From: Flavobacteriaceae bacterium
Lineage (GTDB): Bacteria; Bacteroidota; Bacteroidia; Flavobacteriales; Flavobacteriaceae
Direction: 5' to 3'
NCBI GenBank assembly: GCA_030830005.1
Contig: JAURNV010000022.1
Span: 2,169-66,168 of the forward strand
DNA length: 64,000 nt
Of the stretch, positions 52,494 to 59,853 are shown in pieces. Within the stretch, counting starts at the first letter, position 1. Each line of letters begins with the position of its first letter. Below the pieces are notes generated by a model, which worked only from the letters and a program-made list of their open reading frames with translations, searched no databases and was not told the DNA's origin. A program made the translations under genes and the position numbers.

Positions 52494-53620
52494 AGGCTGA
52501 CTTCTTTACGGTAGGTTCTTCGGCGTTTGTGGAGCTCGTGTTGGTAATTTTTCCACAGGGCTTGAATGGCTTTATTTCCCTCAAGTTCAGGGTTGGTCTC
52601 CACGGCAGTAATCCCCCTACGGTTAAACATATCCTGAATTTCCTGAAAAATAATTGCGGTAACTCCTTTGTTTTGGTAACTCTCCTTTATGCCAATTAGA
52701 TAAAAGGCCGCCCGACTGTTTTTGCGTTGTGCGCGCCAAAGATGATATAGTCCAAAGGGAAACATCTTGCCGTTCATTTTTTTTAGGGCTGCTGTAAACG
52801 ATGGCATTGTGATGGTAAACCCAATCATTTCATTGTTTGCGTCTACAACACATTTTATAAAATCTGGATGAATATAGGGGATGTATTTCTTTTTATAATG
52901 CGCAATTTGATGCTGCTGTATAGGAACAAAAGATTCCAATTTATTATAGGTTTGATTTAACAGGGCAAACATTTCATCCACTCTGGGTTCAATGTCTCTA
53001 GTTGATCTAAAATCAAGCAATTTTAGTCCGTAGCGCTGTTTTATGACTTCTGAAAATTTCCTAACTTTTTCGGGAGCGTCTTTGGCATCGTAGATGTTAA
53101 TTTTAAATTCTATCCATTCGCTTTGTTTGGTAAGGCCTAATTTTTCCAAATGTTCTTTTTGGTAGGGGTAGTGGTACCATGTGATCATGGTGTTCATATG
53201 CTCGAATCCTTTGACCAAAACCCCTGCTTTATCCATATTGGAAAAGCCCATCGGCCCTTCGATGTAGGTCATGCCCTCACCTATGGCTACGCCTTCAACG
53301 GCTTCGATGAGTTTTTGGCTCACTTCCAAATCGTCAATGGTGTCATACCAGCCAAAGCGCACTTTGGTTTTTTTTAATTCTTCGACTTCAACCCAATTGA
53401 TCATTGCCGCAATGCGACCAACCGTTTTACCCTCTTTAATGGCCAAAAATAGACGTGCCATAGCATGGTTAAACACATGATTTTTTTTTGGATTGAATAT
53501 GTCTTTTTCTTCATTTATAATCGGGGGAACCCATTGTTTACAGTTGCGGTATAAATCAAATGGAAACTTAAAAAACACATTGAATTGCTGTCTATTTTTT
53601 ACTTCAACAACCTCTATCAT
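52490..53620 (-). CDS. hypothetical GNAT-like (probably double-GNAT-fold) acyltransferase
   Basis: 376 aa. The C-terminal half has an acyl-CoA-site-like segment (IGIKESYQNKGVTAIIF). Overlaps both neighbours by 4 nt. Function unknown. Confidence 0.5.
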   Translation of the reverse strand: MIEVVEVKNRQQFNVFFKFPFDLYRNCKQWVPPIINEEKDIFNPKKNHVFNHAMARLFLAIKEGKTVGRIAAMINWVEVEELKKTKVRFGWYDTIDDLEVSQKLIEAVEGVAIGEGMTYIEGPMGFSNMDKAGVLVKGFEHMNTMITWYHYPYQKEHLEKLGLTKQSEWIEFKINIYDAKDAPEKVRKFSEVIKQRYGLKLLDFRSTRDIEPRVDEMFALLNQTYNKLESFVPIQQHQIAHYKKKYIPYIHPDFIKCVVDANNEMIGFTITMPSFTAALKKMNGKMFPFGLYHLWRAQRKNSRAAFYLIGIKESYQNKGVTAIIFQEIQDMFNRRGITAVETNPELEGNKAIQALWKNYQHELHKRRRTYRKEVSL

Positions 53621-54714
53621 CTTATTTTATTTAATTTTCGCTCTATCCGTTTTTGTTTTTTGTTCAACTTCCTAAGTCCCTTTTTAGTTCTTTTATCTGC
53701 ATTTTTAGCGGAGTTTCCTTTCTTTTTATCTTCTCGTTGTTTTTTTCTTTCTTGTTTTAAGACTTCTTTGTTTTGCGGTTCTTCTGCCCATTTGTTGTGC
53801 TTGTCTAATCGATAAGAAACCCCAATTCCAGTAGTGAGGAGTTTTGGACTTGTTTTCATGCTTTGCGACAACGCCAAATCCAATTGCAGGTCGTTTGTTA
53901 GCAAATAAGCAGCCCCTGCACTTAAGGTTAGGTCAGAGTAAAGCACGCTATCGTCAACTTGGTATTCTCCATAAAAAGACAATTTGCTGCGTGAACTGTA
54001 GGTAAGTGTTCCTATTAGTTGTTTCTGTGAAATGGTTGCCGTAATGTAGCGCATGCCTATATTGTGAACCAAGACAAGTCCAGGTTTTAAGTGTTGTTGT
54101 AAAATCAGCATGCCTGAAACCGAAACAGTGGGTTCGGTAATAGGGCGGTAATTTAAAGCATACAAAGGATGAAAATTCTCTTGAAAGGGGTAGATTCCTC
54201 CAGCACTAAATTGAGCCCCCGCAAAAATAGAAACCGCAGGTAATAAATCACGCCATCGCACTCTGTTGTTTGCGTGATAACTGTATAAATTTGGTTTGTA
54301 TTTTTCAGTTTTTATAAAAGGGTCATAGACTAGATATTTAATTCCCAAAGAAAGGTTTCTAATTGCATTTCGGTTGATATTAACATTGCCGCTTGCATTT
54401 TGATATGAGAGTTTATCGACCTGATAATCCATTGTGCCTAGAACCTCTAATTGCTCTTTAAATAACCCTGCGCGTAGTTGCATAAGCGAACCAACTCCAA
54501 TGAAAGAAGCGTCATAAAATGCGTCGAATTCACCATGGCGAAACGAAATCCCTTGCTCCCATTGATATACATTTTTTCCAACACTAAAAGCACCCATGGA
54601 ACGACTAGGCCTATTGCTATTTATAACTTCCGTATACTGTGCGTGGGAAATACTCAACAGCAGAAAACTAAAAAGCAAACTAAAAATATGAGATAAGGAC
54701 ATGTGCATATTCAA
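53617..54714 (-). CDS. outer-membrane beta-barrel protein (MetA/phenol-pathway transporter-like) with a polybasic C-terminal tail
   Basis: 365 aa with a signal peptide (...LLLSISHAQ), alternating-hydrophobic beta-strand pattern and an N-terminal SNRPSRS motif. The last ~62 aa are roughly 40% Lys/Arg. Confidence 0.55.
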   Translation of the reverse strand: MNMHMSLSHIFSLLFSFLLLSISHAQYTEVINSNRPSRSMGAFSVGKNVYQWEQGISFRHGEFDAFYDASFIGVGSLMQLRAGLFKEQLEVLGTMDYQVDKLSYQNASGNVNINRNAIRNLSLGIKYLVYDPFIKTEKYKPNLYSYHANNRVRWRDLLPAVSIFAGAQFSAGGIYPFQENFHPLYALNYRPITEPTVSVSGMLILQQHLKPGLVLVHNIGMRYITATISQKQLIGTLTYSSRSKLSFYGEYQVDDSVLYSDLTLSAGAAYLLTNDLQLDLALSQSMKTSPKLLTTGIGVSYRLDKHNKWAEEPQNKEVLKQERKKQREDKKKGNSAKNADKRTKKGLRKLNKKQKRIERKLNKIR

Positions 54715-54768
54715 AGATACATGAATTATAAATTCTGTTGGTTACTACGAGTGTTGTATTTTTGAACG

Positions 54769-57159
54769 ATGATGAAAAATTTTAGGCTCCGTTTTTTATT
54801 ACCACACATTGTCGTGACGCTCTTTTTTGTGGTCATTTCATTGGCGTACTTTTATCCTGTTCTTGCAGGTAAATCCCTTGTTCAATCTGATATCGTGCAG
54901 TTTAAAGGAATGCAACGCCAAATACTAGAGCATCGCGCTGCTTTTGATGAAGAACCGTATTGGATTGATAATGCCTTCATGGGAATGCCAACGTATCAAA
55001 TTACCCCTCGTTATCCATTTGATATTTTACGTTATGTAGATCAGGCACTCCGCTTTTTGCCACGCCCTGCCGATATGCTTTTCTTATACCTGTTTTTTTT
55101 CTATTTGTTTGCTCAAAGTAGAAAATTTTCCATTCCCATTTCAGTGATGGGTTCACTAGCGTATGGATTTTCTTCCTATTACATTATTATTTTAATGGTT
55201 GGACACAATACCAAAGCAATGGCTTTGGCGTATGCACCATTGGTATTTTTAGGATTGTTTAAGCTGTTAGCTGATAAAAAAAGAATAGGCCTTATTTGGC
55301 TTACATTAAGCTTAGCGCTACAACTTCACGCTAACCATCTTCAAATGTCCTATTACACGCTACTTATGGCCGGAATAGTATCTATCCTTTGGGGAATAAA
55401 AACGTGGCGTAAAGAGGGGTTTGGTCAAATAGTAGTTCCATTTTCACAACTGATTTTAGCAGGCATTATTGCGCTGATGCTCAATGCACAGAGTGTTTTG
55501 GCAACGATGGAGTACACCACTTTTAGTACGCGCGGCAAAAGTGAATTGACCATAAGTCCAGATGGATCTCCTAAGCAAAAAACTGACGGACTTTCATTCG
55601 ATTATATAACAGAATATAGTTATGGGTTTTTAGAAACACTTACGTTTTTTTCACCGAACGTAGTAGGGGGTAGCTCTAGCGATACGTTTCCTATGGATAG
55701 TGATTTTGTTCAGTTTCTACGCACCTTAGATGCCGAAACCGCCAATACCATTTACAGGTATGCACGACCTTATTGGGGCGATCAACCTATTGTAGCAGCA
55801 CCCGTGTATTTGGGTATCGTCGTGCTTATTTTTGCCTTGCTGGGACTGTTTGTAACCACTAGAAATACCCGTATCATTCTTTTTACGCTTGTTGTTACAT
55901 CACTATTATTTTCATGGGGAAAACACCTGCCCCAAATGGCTCAATTTCTTATTGATTATTTCCCATTATATGACAAGTTTAGGGCTGTCAGCTCGGCACA
56001 AATTATTATTATGCTTTGTGTTCCATATGCCGCCATGCTTGGGGTACAATACTTAGTAAAGGATAACGTTATTACCCGCCAGAAATGGCTTAAATTATAT
56101 TATGTTTTGGTGGCTTTTGTGGTGCTTATTTTATTCTTAATTGCTGGTGCTCAGGGGTTTTTTTCCTTTACATCTATAAATGAACCTTTTGCACAATATC
56201 CCGAAGTGATGAATCCACTCACTGCAGCCCGAGCCGATCTTCTTTGGGATGACATTGCAAGACTTTTGATACTCCTTTTTCTTACAACTATCGTTGTGGT
56301 CTTGTATTGGCGAAAGAAAGTAAGTATTCCAGCATTTGTCTTTTTATTAACAGTCCTTATGCTTTCCGATTTATGGAAACAAAATCGTGCTTATTTTAAT
56401 GAAGATCAATTTGTGTCTTCGATTCAACATAAAAAGGCATTTGTTGCCACAGCACAAGACAAGATCATCTTAAAAGATACTTCGCGTTATCGTGTTTTTG
56501 AACCTCGATTAGGTTTGTCTAATTCCCGTACGGCTTATTTTCATCGTACCCTAGGTGGGTACCATGGCGCAAAGCCTGCAGCGCTACAAGAAGTCTATGA
56601 TTTTTATTTGTACCAAGAAGACAGCATTCTGTTAGATATGCTAAATGTAAAATATGTTATCGATCCAGTATATGAAGATGGGTTTAAAAAACGTTCATCA
56701 GCCCTTGGTGCTGCTTGGTTAGTTGATGAAGTAATTTCAGTACAAGATGCCAATGAAGAAATTAGTCGATTAGGCACAATAAACCCTAAAAAACAAGCCC
56801 TTTCTCAAGACCTTACCCATGCTAGCTTTGTTCCTTCTGAAAAGGACACCATCTTTATCACACACCAACGCAATAACCTTTTACGGTATGAGTTTAGGGT
56901 TGCCAACAAGAGATTAGCTGTATTCTCTGAAATGTATTATCCACACGGATGGCAAGCCTTTTTAAATGATACGCCAATACCACAATATAAAGTGAATTAT
57001 TTGTTGCGAGGGGTAGTTGTACCATCAGGAAAGCATACATTAGAATTTAGATTTCAGCCAACTGTTACACGTCAAGGCAATTGGGTTATGGCAGCAGGTT
57101 GGGTTTTGTTTTTTGTTATTGTCAGTTCATCACTTCGTAATTTCAAAACGGTTGCCTAG
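54769..57159 (+). CDS. YfhO-family polytopic membrane protein (GT-C-like glycosyltransferase)
   Basis: 796 aa with many TM helices in the first ~530 aa and a soluble C-terminal domain. The N-terminus (YFYPVLAGKSLVQSDIVQFKGM) is typical of YfhO-like proteins. Confidence 0.65.
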   Translation: MMKNFRLRFLLPHIVVTLFFVVISLAYFYPVLAGKSLVQSDIVQFKGMQRQILEHRAAFDEEPYWIDNAFMGMPTYQITPRYPFDILRYVDQALRFLPRPADMLFLYLFFFYLFAQSRKFSIPISVMGSLAYGFSSYYIIILMVGHNTKAMALAYAPLVFLGLFKLLADKKRIGLIWLTLSLALQLHANHLQMSYYTLLMAGIVSILWGIKTWRKEGFGQIVVPFSQLILAGIIALMLNAQSVLATMEYTTFSTRGKSELTISPDGSPKQKTDGLSFDYITEYSYGFLETLTFFSPNVVGGSSSDTFPMDSDFVQFLRTLDAETANTIYRYARPYWGDQPIVAAPVYLGIVVLIFALLGLFVTTRNTRIILFTLVVTSLLFSWGKHLPQMAQFLIDYFPLYDKFRAVSSAQIIIMLCVPYAAMLGVQYLVKDNVITRQKWLKLYYVLVAFVVLILFLIAGAQGFFSFTSINEPFAQYPEVMNPLTAARADLLWDDIARLLILLFLTTIVVVLYWRKKVSIPAFVFLLTVLMLSDLWKQNRAYFNEDQFVSSIQHKKAFVATAQDKIILKDTSRYRVFEPRLGLSNSRTAYFHRTLGGYHGAKPAALQEVYDFYLYQEDSILLDMLNVKYVIDPVYEDGFKKRSSALGAAWLVDEVISVQDANEEISRLGTINPKKQALSQDLTHASFVPSEKDTIFITHQRNNLLRYEFRVANKRLAVFSEMYYPHGWQAFLNDTPIPQYKVNYLLRGVVVPSGKHTLEFRFQPTVTRQGNWVMAAGWVLFFVIVSSSLRNFKTVA

Positions 57160-58393
57160 TTCAAAACACATTGCGTTAATTGCTTACTATTGGCCTCCAA
57201 CTGGAGGTTCTGGAGTACAACGTTGGCTTTTTTGTGCAAATTATTTTGTCAACAAAGGCGTTGATGTAACTGTTTTTACGCCCAAGCGTCCTCGAGTTGC
57301 CGAAACTGACCTATCCCTTTTGGCTAAAATTGACCCAAGAATAACTGTGGTGCATGTTGATGGTTGGGAACCCATAAGAACAAGCAAAAAAGCCATTAGT
57401 GAGAATGTTGGGCATAAGAAAGGGGCTATAAGTGCTTTTATGCGGTTTGTTCGGGCTAACTTTTTTATTCCTGACGCCAGAGTTCATTGGGCTCATGCAG
57501 CCTTAAAAGCCTTTGAGTTACAGCATGAATTAACTCCTTTTGATGCACTGGTAACTACAGGGCCACCACATTCGCTACACCTTGTTGGATTAAAAACAAA
57601 AAAAACAATACCATGGATTGCTGATTTTCGCGACCCTTGGGTTGGATTTTTTCAAAATCAGAGCTTGCCCATGTTGTCTTTTGCAAAGAAAAAGCAACAA
57701 TATTTTCAGCATAAAGTACTTCGTAGTGCTGGTCGTATTGTGGTCACTTCACCTTCGTTAGCCACTGAATTTTCTTTGATTAATCCAAGCACCACAGTGT
57801 TGACAAATGGATATGAGAAAACGCTTTCTGAAACACAACCATCTCGTACGACAATGGTTTATGCGGGCAGCTTGAAAGCTCAACAAAATCCGAAAAATTT
57901 ATGGCGTGCCGTTATGGATTTAACTAAAGAAGATGAAGTGTTTGCTTCTCGTTTTTCACTTGAAGTTTACGGAAAAGTTGCTGACGTAATTAAACAAGAA
58001 GTAACAGCCATGGGTATTGACAAATGGGTTACTTTTTGTGGCTATACCTCAAAAGAGAAACTCAACAAGTGTTTGCCAAACGCAAAAGCCTTATTATTGC
58101 TTGGAATAGATATGCCAAACACACAGAATGTTATTCATGGTAAACTCTTTGAGTATATGGCGTCAAAACGACCTATTTTGGGTATTGGTTCACCATCTAG
58201 TGATATGAAGGCACTTTTTGATGTTCACAATTTAGGTGTATTTACCACCTTTGACAATTATGAGGAAATCAAGGAAGTTTTGTTAAAGTGGTTTTCTAAA
58301 GATGAAATAGTCTTTGAACACAGGCAAACAGAACAATATCAACGCGATGTTATTGCTCAAAACTACCTAAACTTAATTTTGGATTCGCTATGA
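57113..58393 (+). CDS. GT-B (GT4-like) glycosyltransferase
   Basis: 426 aa. The N-terminus IALIAYYWPPTGGSGVQRW is typical of GT4-like enzymes. The start is uncertain: an in-frame TTG at 57152 would reduce the overlap with the YfhO gene from 47 nt to 8 nt. Confidence 0.7.
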   Translation: MLLSVHHFVISKRLPSSKHIALIAYYWPPTGGSGVQRWLFCANYFVNKGVDVTVFTPKRPRVAETDLSLLAKIDPRITVVHVDGWEPIRTSKKAISENVGHKKGAISAFMRFVRANFFIPDARVHWAHAALKAFELQHELTPFDALVTTGPPHSLHLVGLKTKKTIPWIADFRDPWVGFFQNQSLPMLSFAKKKQQYFQHKVLRSAGRIVVTSPSLATEFSLINPSTTVLTNGYEKTLSETQPSRTTMVYAGSLKAQQNPKNLWRAVMDLTKEDEVFASRFSLEVYGKVADVIKQEVTAMGIDKWVTFCGYTSKEKLNKCLPNAKALLLLGIDMPNTQNVIHGKLFEYMASKRPILGIGSPSSDMKALFDVHNLGVFTTFDNYEEIKEVLLKWFSKDEIVFEHRQTEQYQRDVIAQNYLNLILDSL

Positions 58394-59853
58394 ATATGCT
58401 AACATCACAGTCAACCAAAAATTTATTGGGCATTATATTGGGATTTTGCATAGGTGCGATTAATACGCTGGTGCTTTATCCCTATTTTTTGGGAGCAGAA
58501 AAACAAGGGTTAGTAGTTTTTTTATTGTCAGCCTCTAATTTGTTGATGCCTCTTATTGGATTTGGCGTATCACAAACCATAATAAAATTTCATAGCGGAT
58601 ATACAGAAAATGACAAACAAGGCTTTTTGTCATATGTAGTTCTTTTACCTATTATTGTTGCACTACCGCTGTGTTTTGTTGCTCTCCATTTTCACGATAG
58701 CATTGCAGCTTTGCTCTCTGTTGAGAACCCCATAATTGCCTCTTATACTTGGGTGATTTTTACCACAGCATTTGCCACGGCATATTTTGAGGTTTTTTAT
58801 TCATGGGCTAGGGTACACTTCAAATCTGTTGCTGGGAATATTCTTAAGGAGATTTATCCTCGAGCAAGTATTTTGATTTTGCTGCTAGCCTATGCGTTAG
58901 AATGGATCGATTTAGACTTGTTTTTTGTTCTTCTTGTGGGATTGTATTATTTGCGATTACTTCTAATGGTTTTGATTGCATTTCGAATACAACCACCAAA
59001 ATTTTCATGGGAAAAGCCGAAAAATTTAAATGAATTGCTGCGTTACAGCTTGTTTTTGGTTTTGGCTGCATCTGCGGGAAGTTTGATAATTGATATTGAT
59101 AAATCAATGTTGCCACAATATTTGGCTATTAGCGAAACCGCATTTTATTCGGTAGCCATCTATATTGCAGCGTTTATTGAAATTCCTGGACGTGCACTTT
59201 TTCAAATCTTAAACCCACTCCTTGCAAAAGCCATTAACGAAAATAATGTAGAGCAAGTTAAGCATCTGTACAAGGACAGTTCTATTAACCTATTGCTGTT
59301 GGCAGGTTGGTTTTTTCTTTTGGTCAACGGGAGCATAGATTCCCTTTTTGAACTTATGGAGGATAAAGGCTACGGAAATGCCATTTGGGTAGTGCTTATG
59401 ATATCTTTCGCAAAGCTAGTTTCTATGAGTTCGGGAGCTGCAAATACTATCCTTATAAATTCAAATAAATATCGTGTTTCGTTAGTACTTACCATTTTTA
59501 TGGCATTATTTGTGGTTGTTGGCAATGCTGTATTTATTCCCCTATATGGAATTAATGGGGCTGCTGCTACAACTCTAATTTTAGTTGTTGTATTTACTTT
59601 TTTGCGAATGGGTTATGTGTATCGCTTTTTCAACGTCCAACCTTACGAACGCAATACCCTTTATGCATTTGTGTTTATAGGAATTATCTATTGGGGACTG
59701 GGATATTTGACCTTGTCTATTCATCCCCTTTTGTCAATCGCGGTCAAATCTGTACTAATAACACTTGTTTATGGATTAGGGGTGAGTTTCTTTAGATTGT
59801 CACCTACACTACATCGGATTCTTCAAAGCCGTTTTAGGAAGCTCCCTAAATAA
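58390..59853 (+). CDS. polysaccharide/oligosaccharide flippase (MOP/Wzx-like)
   Basis: 487 aa with about 12-14 predicted TM helices. ATGA overlap with the glycosyltransferase gene. Confidence 0.7.
   Translation: MNMLTSQSTKNLLGIILGFCIGAINTLVLYPYFLGAEKQGLVVFLLSASNLLMPLIGFGVSQTIIKFHSGYTENDKQGFLSYVVLLPIIVALPLCFVALHFHDSIAALLSVENPIIASYTWVIFTTAFATAYFEVFYSWARVHFKSVAGNILKEIYPRASILILLLAYALEWIDLDLFFVLLVGLYYLRLLLMVLIAFRIQPPKFSWEKPKNLNELLRYSLFLVLAASAGSLIIDIDKSMLPQYLAISETAFYSVAIYIAAFIEIPGRALFQILNPLLAKAINENNVEQVKHLYKDSSINLLLLAGWFFLLVNGSIDSLFELMEDKGYGNAIWVVLMISFAKLVSMSSGAANTILINSNKYRVSLVLTIFMALFVVVGNAVFIPLYGINGAAATTLILVVVFTFLRMGYVYRFFNVQPYERNTLYAFVFIGIIYWGLGYLTLSIHPLLSIAVKSVLITLVYGLGVSFFRLSPTLHRILQSRFRKLPK

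Noticed and set aside
53585-53815. Plus-strand 76-aa ORF and low-complexity T-rich DNA opposite the OMP tail, considered as a repeat or an independent gene.
   Set aside because: It is the complement of the Lys/Arg-rich (AAA/AAG/AGA-rich) tail codons. The plus-strand translation is Phe/Leu/Ser low complexity, and I could not delineate a tandem repeat unit.
56937-56945. Perfect DnaA-box-like 9-mer TTATCCACA; dnaN also lies in this window, raising the question of an origin.
   Set aside because: It is a single occurrence inside the YfhO coding sequence, about 30 kb from dnaN. No cluster of boxes or AT-rich unwinding element is present, and the dnaN upstream gap is only 65 bp.
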